Shown: one piece after another, positions 39,163 through 48,110 of the stretch
Position numbering within the stretch: the first letter of the stretch is position 1
Layout: each line of letters starts with the position of its first letter
Virus record (IMG/VR): IMGVR_UViG_3300027644_000013
Span: 1-59,554 of that record
Length of the DNA: 59,554 nucleotides
Origin: a virus
Lineage: Duplodnaviria; Caudoviricetes
Direction: 5' to 3' (one strand)
The notes under the pieces: generated by a model
The model's input: the letters and a program-made list of their open reading frames with translations, nothing else
Databases searched by the model: none
What the model was told of the DNA's origin: nothing
Made by a program: the position numbers and the translations under genes

Positions 39163-39600
39163 ATGGGATACCAATTAGTCGACACGCAGAACAGCTCGCT
39201 TGCCAACAATTCGGCCAGCGTATCGTCATCGAACTCCTCGTCCTCGAGTAATTCGTCGAGCGGGTCTTCCAGTTCGTCGAGTAGCAATAGCTCCAGCCGT
39301 TCCTCCTCGAACAGCTCCAGCAGTAGTCGTTCATCATCCTCAAGCAGTAGCAGTAGCCGATCTACCTCGAATAGCTCAAGTTCTTCAACAAGCCGAAGCA
39401 GCTCCTCAAGCTCCTCGACTTCTGGAAGCTCAAGCTCGAGTCAGTCCTCTAGCGAATCTTCGTCCACCAGTTCATCCCAATCCTCCAGCACGAGTCGCTC
39501 TGGAATCTCGAGCAGAACTGAAACTCAAAAGGATGATATCGGTTGTGTGATTCGGTTCAGCGTGCCGATCGTTGTCCAATACCCAGGAGACGTTACATGA
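39163..39600 (+). CDS. Poly-serine protein with Trypco2-like C-terminal strand
   Basis: AGGAGG RBS; every odd residue 17-113 is Ser; ends IGCVIRFSVPIVV. Confidence 0.85.
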   Translation: MGYQLVDTQNSSLANNSASVSSSNSSSSSNSSSGSSSSSSSNSSSRSSSNSSSSSRSSSSSSSSSRSTSNSSSSSTSRSSSSSSSTSGSSSSSQSSSESSSTSSSQSSSTSRSGISSRTETQKDDIGCVIRFSVPIVVQYPGDVT

Positions 39601-39848
39601 GCCGATCCGAGCATCGTGAGTTTATGTCGGAACGTATGGCGAGAATGGAAGAGCGTATGATCTCCATGTCCAACGATGTATCCGAAATAAAGGCGGTTAT
39701 GGAGAAAAGCTTCGCGAGCTTCGGGGATCTAGCCAACCGAGTTTCGGCACTTGAGGGCTTTAAGAAGTTTTTTATTTTAGTCGCATCCGCCGTAGGAACG
39801 ATTGTTGGGCTTGCTGTAGAGGCGGCGATTAACTGGAGGGGCAAATGA
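39597..39848 (+). CDS. Small coiled-coil protein with C-terminal TM (XhlA/holin-like)
   Basis: MARMEERM...RVSALEGFKKFFILVASAVGTIVGLAV. Confidence 0.65.
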   Translation: MSRSEHREFMSERMARMEERMISMSNDVSEIKAVMEKSFASFGDLANRVSALEGFKKFFILVASAVGTIVGLAVEAAINWRGK

Positions 39849-40468
39849 CCATCGTTGATCTTTCTGATCTCGATACATTTATCCGTGATTCCCTGTTTGA
39901 AGTAAGAAGAGGGATTGCCAACTCACGAAATGCAACACAGGCAAACCCCTTAAATGGCGTGATGGTCGATCTGCCAGAAAAGATAGATTTTGAGATTATG
40001 GTCACATCGGCTCACCAAGGCCTCACAAGAAATGTTGTCTCAAGCGATTCAGATAATTCTTCCGAGGTTACTTCGGAGTCTCAGAAGAGCCTAAACGCGT
40101 CCATCGAATCCTCTAGTGCAGTCTCTCGCACATCGAGCGTCAACTTGTCTCAAAACACCGAAACATCAAAAGAAGGTCAAGCGGAACTCACTAAAGAAGT
40201 CAGTCAAGAATCCCAAAAGAGCCAAGACGGAGACAATCGGAAAGGCACGGCGGGTTCCGCTGAGTCTTCTCAAGAGAGTGACAAAAAACAGCAACAGAGC
40301 GGGCAATCGCAATCCGACACGAAGAAAAGTCAATCTAGGCAACTCGAGAGACACGCAGAGGCGAATGACCGAGGTTCTAGGACATTTGATGAGGAGGAGG
40401 GAACTTGGGGAGGCCAAGGACAGCTCAATACCCCACGGCTTCCATCAATACCATGCACATGTACTTAA
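39845..40468 (+). CDS. Trypco2-like N-terminal head plus long dyad-periodic beta-strand (paralog B)
   Basis: DLDTFIRDSLFEVRRGI...IDFEIMV; acidic residues all on even positions 68-172. Confidence 0.8.
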   Translation: MTIVDLSDLDTFIRDSLFEVRRGIANSRNATQANPLNGVMVDLPEKIDFEIMVTSAHQGLTRNVVSSDSDNSSEVTSESQKSLNASIESSSAVSRTSSVNLSQNTETSKEGQAELTKEVSQESQKSQDGDNRKGTAGSAESSQESDKKQQQSGQSQSDTKKSQSRQLERHAEANDRGSRTFDEEEGTWGGQGQLNTPRLPSIPCTCT

Positions 40469-40848
40469 TCCCATTTTTAGCACTCTTGCTTTGTGGGTGT
40501 TCAACACCTAGGCAGTCGGCTGACTTCTCTGTAGCGGAAGCTCGTATCGACGAGGCTATCGCTGTCGCCAATCCAGAGGCCAAGAAGCACCTAGTAGTAG
40601 CCAAAGCCCAATTAGAAAGTGCCGTACAGGCCTGTAAGCAGACCTCCGTGGATCTGGACGAGGCCGTTAAAGAGAAGAACGAGGCAATTAGGGACGCTGG
40701 AGTCTGGAAGGACAAACAGCGGAAGGCCTTAAAAGAGCTTTGGATCTATCGAGGTGCGCTTATCGCTTTAGGGCTATGGATGTTTAGAGGGGTCATATTT
40801 GGGGGCATTATGTTTGTGGCTAGAAAGTTCGTGGGGATCCCTTGGTGA
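40459..40848 (+). CDS. Lipoprotein with C-terminal TM (unimolecular spanin-like)
   Basis: MYLIPFLALLLCGC lipobox, coiled coil, C-terminal hydrophobic helix; in lysis cluster. Confidence 0.65.
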   Translation: MYLIPFLALLLCGCSTPRQSADFSVAEARIDEAIAVANPEAKKHLVVAKAQLESAVQACKQTSVDLDEAVKEKNEAIRDAGVWKDKQRKALKELWIYRGALIALGLWMFRGVIFGGIMFVARKFVGIPW

Positions 40849-41192
40849 AGAAGTTTCTCTCAAAGTTCCAAGGTCTTGGCTCGTTTTGTATAGCCATCAT
40901 TGTGTTCTGGTCGGCGGCCCCGCTGATCCAGCAGTTTGATCCATCGGCTGGGACGTATGACCGAGGATCCCTGCATGGCCTAATCCTTGGGGCTTCTGCC
41001 TATCTATTAGCGGTATGGCTGGCGTGGTTTGTTGTGCAAATGGAGTGGCCTTCGATCAACGAGTATATCGATACCTTGAGCTGGCTACAGGACTGGAGAT
41101 CTACAACCAGAACTGTTCGCCTCGTCATTGTGCTTTGCCTATGGTGCGTCCTTTTTATAGGAGCCGTGGTATGCCTTCTTGGCTGGCGTTAA
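40845..41192 (+). CDS. Putative holin (3 TM)
   Basis: Three hydrophobic segments; adjacent to the endolysin. Confidence 0.6.
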   Translation: MKKFLSKFQGLGSFCIAIIVFWSAAPLIQQFDPSAGTYDRGSLHGLILGASAYLLAVWLAWFVVQMEWPSINEYIDTLSWLQDWRSTTRTVRLVIVLCLWCVLFIGAVVCLLGWR

Positions 41193-41662
41193 TACTATTC
41201 CCCTTTTTGTCTTTTGCTGATGACCGAGGATGCGTCCTTGTCCAAGCAAGAAAGCTTGTTGGCGTAAAGGAGTGGGGTGTAAATACAGGCCCAGAGGTGG
41301 ATCTGTTCTTGTCCTCGGTTGAACTCGAACCAGGGAATCCGTGGTGTGCCGCTTTTAACTACTATGTGTTCCGTGAGGCTGGGTATGGCGACCTAGTACC
41401 CAAAACAGGCTGGAGTCCTTCTTGGGTAGTTGGTGGCAAGAGGGTCAGCTACTCACCCCCTGCCTCCGTGTTTGGGATCTACTTTAGTTCCCTTGGTCGG
41501 ATAGCCCATACAGGACTGATTGAGCGAACCGAGAATGGGTTTGCCACCACAATCGAGGGCAATACCAACTCGGCTGGGGATCGGGGTGCTGGCGGGGGTG
41601 ACGGCGTATACCGAAGGAAAAGGTCGATGAGGACGCTTGTGTGCCGAGATTGGCTAAAGTGA
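41171..41662 (+). CDS. CHAP-family endolysin with N-terminal signal-like segment
   Basis: PWCAAF, HTGLI, TIEGNT; MPSWLALILFPFLSFA N-terminus. Confidence 0.85.
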   Translation: MPSWLALILFPFLSFADDRGCVLVQARKLVGVKEWGVNTGPEVDLFLSSVELEPGNPWCAAFNYYVFREAGYGDLVPKTGWSPSWVVGGKRVSYSPPASVFGIYFSSLGRIAHTGLIERTENGFATTIEGNTNSAGDRGAGGGDGVYRRKRSMRTLVCRDWLK

Positions 41663-41856
41663 TAATCACCCAATTCATCAAGGGTTTAATTGAGTTTTGG
41701 GTTGAAAGAAAACCCGAACAGGAAAGGTCATCCTTCTCTCGTTGGCTGTGGAGCAAGCGTCCTGGTACTCGGACTCCGTGGGATTTTAAGGACAAAGACA
41801 AAGACGGATACGACGACAGATTTGAACCTCAAAAGGATGACAGCTACTACCAATGA
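41641..41856 (+). CDS. Hypothetical protein
   Basis: Fills the gap between endolysin and phosphoesterase. Confidence 0.4.
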   Translation: MPRLAKVIITQFIKGLIEFWVERKPEQERSSFSRWLWSKRPGTRTPWDFKDKDKDGYDDRFEPQKDDSYYQ

Positions 41857-42599
41857 AAAAATACCAAAAGTTCATGGCAGGGTTCGACCTCCACGGAGAT
41901 ATGCAAGATAGAGCTGTGACAAAGAAGTTCTTCCAATTTTCTGAGGCATTTAAGCCCGATATTAAGATAATGGGCGGAGACCTATTTGATTTTCGTGGGT
42001 TAAGGAAGAAGGCTGACAAGGCAGAACAGGCAGAAAGCCTTTCAGATGACGTAGCCTGTGGGATCGAGTTCTTGAGTAAATGGATGGATGGCAAAGGCAC
42101 AAAGGTCTGGCTTCGTGGGAATCATTGTCAGCGCCTTTGGGATGTTGCCGAAAGCGAATCAGACGGACTAAAGCGAGATGCGGCGATCAAAGGAGTCGAG
42201 GAGCTGGATGAACTATGTAAGACACTTGGGATTAAAACCTATCCTTACTCAAAGAGACTTGGGATCCATCGGGAGGGTCGCCTTTGCTTCCTTCACGGAT
42301 ATGCCGCTGGGGTCTATGCCCTCCGCAAAACCCTCCAGAGCTATGGGGAGAATGTCATTATGGGACATACCCACACCATCCAATCTGTGTCTGTAGAAGG
42401 CCTTGTTCCAAAACAGGGCTGGGTGGCTGGATGCTTGTGTCAGTTAGACTATGAGTACAACCGCTCAATGCTTGGCACTCTGAACCACGAGAATGGCTGG
42501 GTGTACGGACTTATCTTTGACGATGGTAGCTTTGCCGTCTACCAAGCCAGACAGATCGCTGGCAAGTGGATCTTGCCGACAGAGTTTAAGGAGATTTAG
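41853..42599 (+). CDS. Calcineurin-like metallophosphoesterase
   Basis: DLH, GGDLFD, GNH, HG, GHTH. Confidence 0.9.
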   Translation: MKKYQKFMAGFDLHGDMQDRAVTKKFFQFSEAFKPDIKIMGGDLFDFRGLRKKADKAEQAESLSDDVACGIEFLSKWMDGKGTKVWLRGNHCQRLWDVAESESDGLKRDAAIKGVEELDELCKTLGIKTYPYSKRLGIHREGRLCFLHGYAAGVYALRKTLQSYGENVIMGHTHTIQSVSVEGLVPKQGWVAGCLCQLDYEYNRSMLGTLNHENGWVYGLIFDDGSFAVYQARQIAGKWILPTEFKEI

Positions 42600-42837
42600 C
42601 TTTTGGTAGCAGTCGGTAGTGGGGAATCATTCTGCCACTACCATTAGAGATCAGTACTCGGAATGACTTCCTTTCGGCAAGCCCTAGATTCATCAATCTT
42701 GTAACAGCCTTGGATGCGTGGCCGTGGGTCTTGCCTAGCTCCTTGGAGATTTGTTTTATTGTTTTCCAGCCATCTGGGATTGGGCTCACTTTCTCTAATA
42801 AGTGCTTTTGCAGGGCTACTGCCCATTCGCTTTTCAT
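42586..42837 (-). CDS. Small winged-HTH protein
   Basis: GWKTIKQISKELGKTHGHASKAVTRL. Confidence 0.7.
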   Translation of the reverse strand: MKSEWAVALQKHLLEKVSPIPDGWKTIKQISKELGKTHGHASKAVTRLMNLGLAERKSFRVLISNGSGRMIPHYRLLPKAKSP

Positions 42838-43892
42838 CGGAACTCCGCACTAAACCTAGCAAAGGCACACTTCGGGCATCCAATCCCCTTCTTTAGATTG
42901 TCGTAGGCATTTTCAGCCATTCGCCGTGATTTGCTTGGGTTAAAGGCAAGCTGGGAGAGCCTGTGAGAGGCCTCATCATTGCTTGAGACCAGAAAACCAG
43001 TCTCTTGGTCTCTAACGAACTCTGGGACTCCGCCTTGATTCGCCCCGACCACTACAGCTCCGCTGGCGACGGCCTCAAACAGAACTCGCGGGGCATTTTC
43101 ATGTACTGGATACCACATCAAAATGGCGTGGGCGTCTCGGAAGTAGTTAGACAAAGTCGCTGGGCTGTAGATATGAGGGATAAGCTCGGCGTTGATTCTG
43201 CCGTGATATGGATGCCCTTCTTTGCCTACATCACCTAAGAGAGCCTCACCCTCCCTGCCCCATCCAATGACATTCAGTCTTGTCGTGACCCCGACAGGAG
43301 CTGTCACCTTGTAGAACAGATCCCACATATCCCTTGGGTATTTGAAGGGTTCATCGTCTCTGCCAATTCTTAATACATTGAGAGTATCTAGGGACTTATC
43401 GGAAAACCTTAACCTTCCCCATCTGCTATCAATGTTGAAGAAGGGGAAAACGTGCTGGAGATCCGCAGAAAGCCCGACTTCGGTTAGGCGTTTAGCAAGC
43501 TCCCCAAGCTGATAGTTCGACTGGCAAAGGATCTTTAGGTTCTTTGTCTTGGCTATGCCTACCAGCTCCCTGTCCCGAAGAACATTCATACAAGGCCAGT
43601 ACACAACTTGCCGAGGGGTCTCTTCGTGCCTAGCCAGATACTCAAAAATGCTGTCCTCACACCAGCACCAGACATTCTGGTCGTTGAACATACCAGGACT
43701 ATAGGCTTCCGTGGCTACCCCAAGAGAATCCAGATACCGCCTTCTCGGCTCGGAGGCAGAGAGAACATCTGTTCCCTGTGGAACAACGCAAGTGACCTCG
43801 ACTCCGTTATCTCGGAACAACTCAATGGCGTGGCCTGTTTCGGGTCCCGCCCCACCGCATTGGTGCAGATAGCCCCAGATATAAACCTTCAT
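42834..43892 (-). CDS. GT-B (GT4-like) glycosyltransferase
   Basis: GGAGPE, ENAPRVLFEAVASGAVVV...GGVPEFV...TGFLV. Confidence 0.9.
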   Translation of the reverse strand: MKVYIWGYLHQCGGAGPETGHAIELFRDNGVEVTCVVPQGTDVLSASEPRRRYLDSLGVATEAYSPGMFNDQNVWCWCEDSIFEYLARHEETPRQVVYWPCMNVLRDRELVGIAKTKNLKILCQSNYQLGELAKRLTEVGLSADLQHVFPFFNIDSRWGRLRFSDKSLDTLNVLRIGRDDEPFKYPRDMWDLFYKVTAPVGVTTRLNVIGWGREGEALLGDVGKEGHPYHGRINAELIPHIYSPATLSNYFRDAHAILMWYPVHENAPRVLFEAVASGAVVVGANQGGVPEFVRDQETGFLVSSNDEASHRLSQLAFNPSKSRRMAENAYDNLKKGIGCPKCAFARFSAEFR

Positions 43893-44200
43893 AGTCTTGG
43901 GAGTTTCCTCTTGAGCTGAAACCACGCAAAGAGACCACGAACGATAGTCCTCTCTAGGTGGTCGATGGCCGTCTCACCATTATTGTCGGGCTGGGGTTCA
44001 TTGAGGTGGATCTGTTGCTGGGCTGTGACAGCGTGCTTAATCGCCCTGCAAATATGGTAGTCGTAGGTAGGCTTGTCCTTATAAAGCCATTCTCCAAAGG
44101 CCGACTTGGCTGATCCGTTGCTCATAATTCTACGAGTTATCTCGGCGGCGGCGTTAGCCAGCTCTGCAATAGACGGAACGTGCTTTGGGTCTTCGGTCAT
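43889..44200 (-). CDS. dATP/dGTP diphosphohydrolase-like (DUF5664-like) protein
   Basis: GSAKSAFGEW...AIKH...DHLERTIVRGLFA resembles the G-x-x-K...W...RH...HL pattern. Confidence 0.45.
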   Translation of the reverse strand: MTEDPKHVPSIAELANAAAEITRRIMSNGSAKSAFGEWLYKDKPTYDYHICRAIKHAVTAQQQIHLNEPQPDNNGETAIDHLERTIVRGLFAWFQLKRKLPRL

Positions 44201-44826
44201 AATGAATCTCCTCTCTTTTGGATGTCGTAGTAAAACGAGTCGGTATCTTCTGTGACCCACTTGTCGGACTGGTTCTCAACCGACGGAAGCTCAGTATCCA
44301 CACGAAACTGCTTTAGGTTGTCGGGTAGCTTCTTGGTCACCCAGTTGGAGTCCCGCCAGAAAATGCGGTTATTAGGCATACAAAGTAAGTATCCATCGTC
44401 ACCCGCAAAGACGTGGCCGCACTTGTAGTCGGACGGCTCATCGGAATAAGGGTTATTGTACCAATCAATCGTGAACATATACGTTCCCCAGACCTTGGAT
44501 CCGTCACGCAAGACAATCTGCGCTCGGTGATACGCAAGAAAGTTGTACTCGGTAACCGCTACGTTCTCGGAGAAACAATCCCAGAGCTGTTTGTAATTGA
44601 AGGGAATGTCGTTAGTTGGCTCGTGCGTGTAAATCTCAGAAAGAGGAACTCGACTCCGAAGCATTCCCGAATCAGTCATCACATGGAAGGTGGTGATGGT
44701 TCCCGAACAGGACTGCAACCCAAACACATAGACTGCGTAGAACTCCTTGTCCGATTCGTTCTTGGTAAAGAAAGACTTTCTGACCATTGCCTTAAAGCTG
44801 GGAATGTTTTCGTTGAGCGTTGCCAT
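44197..44826 (-). CDS. Conserved phage hypothetical protein
   Basis: LNENIP...VRK, QLWDCFS, YMFTIDW, KCGH, PNNRIFW. Confidence 0.75.
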   Translation of the reverse strand: MATLNENIPSFKAMVRKSFFTKNESDKEFYAVYVFGLQSCSGTITTFHVMTDSGMLRSRVPLSEIYTHEPTNDIPFNYKQLWDCFSENVAVTEYNFLAYHRAQIVLRDGSKVWGTYMFTIDWYNNPYSDEPSDYKCGHVFAGDDGYLLCMPNNRIFWRDSNWVTKKLPDNLKQFRVDTELPSVENQSDKWVTEDTDSFYYDIQKRGDSL

Positions 44827-44834
44827 TACTTCTT

Positions 44835-44999
44835 TCAGGGCAAATCGTTCTTAACCTTCTTCCAAACTGACTCGTCTTTGTCGAATTCAAGAGACCAGTT
44901 CATGACCTTGCTGTAGATCGAATATCCCCATCCAAACCGCATGAACGTCCTTGAGATCAAGTCCCCGATCCAATAGAGAGTCCAAGCCAAAGCCCTCAT
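44835..44999 (-). CDS. 54-aa hypothetical protein (not in ORF track)
   Basis: MRALAWTLYWIGDLISR...KNDLP; ATGA coupling fills the gap. Confidence 0.6.
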   Translation of the reverse strand: MRALAWTLYWIGDLISRTFMRFGWGYSIYSKVMNWSLEFDKDESVWKKVKNDLP

Positions 45000-45517
45000 T
45001 TAACCTCACAGGGCGGAGACGCTTGCCTTGCGTCAAATGCCCTCCTCCAAAGAGTTTTCTTTAGTCCGTCAAAGTCCTTCCGCTTAACTCTGTCAGTAAT
45101 AAACCAGAGTTTAGATCCGCTCATTTCACAGGGAGCAGAAGCCTTTTTCACCTCCTCCGTAAAGCAGTAGGCCTCAATCGTGTAGGTGGGCATCACGCCC
45201 TTAACAAGGATCAGCTCTCCTTCGTCCTTGTCCTTCACCTTCCACTTGCCGTCTTGGGAATGCTTAACATCGACATTTGTATAAGGCAGATCCCCGCTAC
45301 CAGATCGGTAGGTGTCCACAGATCCGTCCCAGTAAAGGCCTAGATACTTTGCCACCGCCATTTCAGCCCCAGCGGCCTCAACGTGCTGACCCCAAGACAT
45401 CACAGGGTTGCAGGGGTAAATATCCCTAGACTCTTTTTTAAGAGCAGACTTGTTCCTAGAGGATCCGACCAGAACAGCCACCTCGGCCTCGTACCCTTCA
45501 AGTCTGACAACTATCAT
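44996..45517 (-). CDS. PD-(D/E)XK-like protein
   Basis: GAEMAVAKYL...GDL...VDVKHS. Confidence 0.55.
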   Translation of the reverse strand: MIVVRLEGYEAEVAVLVGSSRNKSALKKESRDIYPCNPVMSWGQHVEAAGAEMAVAKYLGLYWDGSVDTYRSGSGDLPYTNVDVKHSQDGKWKVKDKDEGELILVKGVMPTYTIEAYCFTEEVKKASAPCEMSGSKLWFITDRVKRKDFDGLKKTLWRRAFDARQASPPCEVK

Positions 45518-45720
45518 AGCCGATTCTCCACAGCCTTGGCCTTGTGCTTCTTGGCAAGCTGAAGGGACTCTTTAGCCATTAGGGTTACGGCTTCGTAATG
45601 GGTTAGGCATTGCTGGATCGAGTAAACCATCGGCGTAGGAGCTGTCTTGGAGATTGAGCGAAGTAACTTGTTGCCGTATTCAAGGCTATCCAAGAGTCTT
45701 GAGAATCGCTTTACGCTCAT
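45514..45720 (-). CDS. Hypothetical protein
   Basis: ATGA-coupled on both sides. Confidence 0.55.
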   Translation of the reverse strand: MSVKRFSRLLDSLEYGNKLLRSISKTAPTPMVYSIQQCLTHYEAVTLMAKESLQLAKKHKAKAVENRL

Positions 45721-46043
45721 AGCCTCATCTCCGCCCGCTTTGAGGACTCGAACGAACGCCAGACCTCGATCTTGGCTTGCGCTCCGATCATCAGCCAACG
45801 CAGACGCTCCTCTTCTTGAACGGCTTCCTTCAATCCAAGCAACAGCTTCTGGTACTCATCGTGGGAGTAGGCCTCTCGCTCCTGGGCGGCGATTGTGACC
45901 ATCCCGTCATCGCTGGCGTCCCGCATCAAGATGGCCTTCTTGGTCTTTCTGAATTCCTCCAGATAGATGCGGTTGGCCTTGGCCTGTGCCAATGGCAAGG
46001 CGTTATCTCGGATAAAGTCTAAGGCTTGAAGTGGTTCAGTCAT
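45717..46043 (-). CDS. Conserved helical phage protein
   Basis: AQAKANRIYLEEFRKTKKA...AAQEREAY...IEVWRS. Confidence 0.7.
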   Translation of the reverse strand: MTEPLQALDFIRDNALPLAQAKANRIYLEEFRKTKKAILMRDASDDGMVTIAAQEREAYSHDEYQKLLLGLKEAVQEEERLRWLMIGAQAKIEVWRSFESSKRAEMRL

Positions 46044-46211
46044 TTACAGCCTTTGCCATGCACTTTGAAACCTCGTTATGCACGTTGAGGTGCATAGCCC
46101 TTGCATCTGCAAGGCTATGATCCCAACTGCGGGCTTCTTTAATAAACACTCTCCGCACGGTCTCGTTTTCCAGAACGAATAAAAGAATGTCTAGTTCACA
46201 CATGCTGAGAT

Positions 46212-46526
46212 TCATATCATCCTCTGGATTGAGCGAACTGAACGCCGAAGAACCCTAGAGATCCTTCGAGTGTCCCAGCCCAGCTTGCTAAGATTGCGAG
46301 CGACTTGGTATCGGGCATCAGCTCCAACGCCATATCGGTCGTGGCGTAGGACGATGTCCATCGAAACGCCAACATTCTGACATTCCTTCTCAAGTTGATC
46401 GTCATCGGTTTCGGTGGGCTTCATGAGACGCTTGCCCTCTAGGACTTCGACTCGTTCTTCCACCTTCTTTACTCGCAACCCGAGGGCCGCGACCATTCCT
46501 GTAGTTAGATCTTGTTGGCTTATCAT
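46212..46526 (-). CDS. HTH protein
   Basis: LGWDTRRISRVLRRSVRSIQRM. Confidence 0.6.
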   Translation of the reverse strand: MISQQDLTTGMVAALGLRVKKVEERVEVLEGKRLMKPTETDDDQLEKECQNVGVSMDIVLRHDRYGVGADARYQVARNLSKLGWDTRRISRVLRRSVRSIQRMI

Positions 46527-46927
46527 TGTTTTGTGACCTCTTTTACGTTTTGTGACTTTATGGTGTGGGTTTCTTCTTTCTCATCGAGTAACTCTCGAAG
46601 TGCTTCTTTGAGTGCTGGCGATCCTTTCACCAGCTCTGCGGGATCCTTGATCTGTTGATGGGCGACCATAATCTGCTGGCGTTCCATCGGGCGTCCGATG
46701 GCGTAGGCCAATGCCAGTTCGCAAGACTTGAGGCGGGTTGGGAAATCCACGACCTCGTCGGCCTGTTGCCTTTGTCCGTCCCATTGAAACTTGGTTGCCC
46801 CCAGACCCTCCTTTAACACAGACAGAATGGTCTTCTGCATCTCTGGTGAATTTAGCTCGTTTTCGAGCCACTCGGTCTTCTTCTTGGATAGTTCGGATAC
46901 TTTTTCTCTGGTGGTTAGGGTTGGCAT
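46523..46927 (-). CDS. Hypothetical protein, possibly terminase small subunit-like
   Basis: LKEGLGATK...DFPTRLKSCELALAY; GGAGG RBS. Confidence 0.4.
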   Translation of the reverse strand: MPTLTTREKVSELSKKKTEWLENELNSPEMQKTILSVLKEGLGATKFQWDGQRQQADEVVDFPTRLKSCELALAYAIGRPMERQQIMVAHQQIKDPAELVKGSPALKEALRELLDEKEETHTIKSQNVKEVTKQ

Positions 46928-47715
46928 ACGACCTCCTTATTTGCGTTCGCCATTTGGAATGCTCTTTCCCACACAGCCTTCGGCGTTGACGCTTGGAGCA
47001 TCGCCAAACTAAGTCTTTCTCTTACGGCAGTTCCGATTAGACCAACGACCACATCCACGGAGTTGTAGTCAATAGGGGTTGGCCGAGGGCTGTCGCACGA
47101 TGACTTTGTTGGCTTGGCTTGGATCTTCGGCCTTATGTCATTTGAATCCGAACGGCGGGCGCAGTTCCTAGCACAGGCTTTCCAGTCTACGACAGCGGTA
47201 CGGCCACCGACCTTCCAGCCGTTGGCTTCGTAGTAGTCAAAAGCCTTCTCCGCATCCCCAGCATTCCAGCCCTTGATGGTATTGGCGTACTCAAGCCACT
47301 CTTCACGAGTAGGCTTCTTGCTCTTTGGGGCTATATACCTTTTGGGACATTCCTTTTTAGGCTCTGGGGTCTTGGATCTGTGGCGGATCTGGCGTTCCCG
47401 ATCTGACTCCCTTACAGCCTCGTCCCTCCGCATTCTTCTTGAAAACACGACATTCTTTTCATCCCTGCTGAAAACTCCGTTGGCCTCCAACTCCTCTAAC
47501 AATTTCCTAGTGGTCTGGGAATCCTCTCCAATGATCCTAGAGATCTGCTCAACTGATGCAGGGCTACCGCCTATCAGCAGGAATCCGTGAGTATTGGACT
47601 TTGCCATCATTGCCAGTAGATCCATCCAGAGACCCCTTGCTCCAATCGAGCATGAGCGAAGGCTTTCGTCTGAGAGCCAGTCGGATGGGAAGAATTTAAT
47701 CCAAGGTAATTTCAT
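46915..47715 (-). CDS. Phage replication initiator (YdaU/DUF1376-like N-terminus)
   Basis: PWIKFFPSDWLSD...SIGARGLWMDLL; C-terminal PTREE...FDYYEANGWKVG...DWKA. Confidence 0.8.
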   Translation of the reverse strand: MKLPWIKFFPSDWLSDESLRSCSIGARGLWMDLLAMMAKSNTHGFLLIGGSPASVEQISRIIGEDSQTTRKLLEELEANGVFSRDEKNVVFSRRMRRDEAVRESDRERQIRHRSKTPEPKKECPKRYIAPKSKKPTREEWLEYANTIKGWNAGDAEKAFDYYEANGWKVGGRTAVVDWKACARNCARRSDSNDIRPKIQAKPTKSSCDSPRPTPIDYNSVDVVVGLIGTAVRERLSLAMLQASTPKAVWERAFQMANANKEVVCQP

Positions 47716-48110
47716 AGTTTTGTAATCTTTACTTCGATGCAGGGTTTTTCTGTCTTCCCCGCATATAACTTTAAGGTTTCGCCAGCAACGATCTGGCTGT
47801 CATCCACCCAGAACATCGCTTGTGTAAGAGCGTCCTGTAGTGGCTTTAATAGGTTGTCCCTGTCTGGACGGACTGGAGCTGGCTGACGGCCATTGGCTTT
47901 AAGCCTTTGGGGTCGCCTTAGTACAAAAGTAACATCGCAACGGAGTGGCCCTTGGATCTGTTCCTTGGCATACCGCTTTGAGGCAAAAATAAGCTCACGC
48001 ACATAAGCCTTGGAAGAAGAGTCACGGAACACCCTTGGCCTACCGCCCTTGCTAGAGAAGCGAAGACCAGACTGAATCGTCTTGGGTTCGATGTTTAGTT
48101 TGAATTCCAT
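47712..48110 (-). CDS. rusA: RusA family Holliday junction resolvase
   Basis: RPDRDNLLKPLQDAL...WVDDSQIV. Confidence 0.9.
   Translation of the reverse strand: MEFKLNIEPKTIQSGLRFSSKGGRPRVFRDSSSKAYVRELIFASKRYAKEQIQGPLRCDVTFVLRRPQRLKANGRQPAPVRPDRDNLLKPLQDALTQAMFWVDDSQIVAGETLKLYAGKTEKPCIEVKITKL

Noticed and set aside
39163-39600. Poly-Ser ORF as a microsatellite or assembly artefact, or as read-through from 38563
   Set aside because: All six Ser codons are mixed, parity is strict, and it has its own AGGAGG RBS after a TAA
43889-44200. Evidence for a Z-base or deazaguanine modification pathway
   Set aside because: Only a weak DUF5664-like resemblance; no purZ, que/folE genes or DNA polymerase recognised
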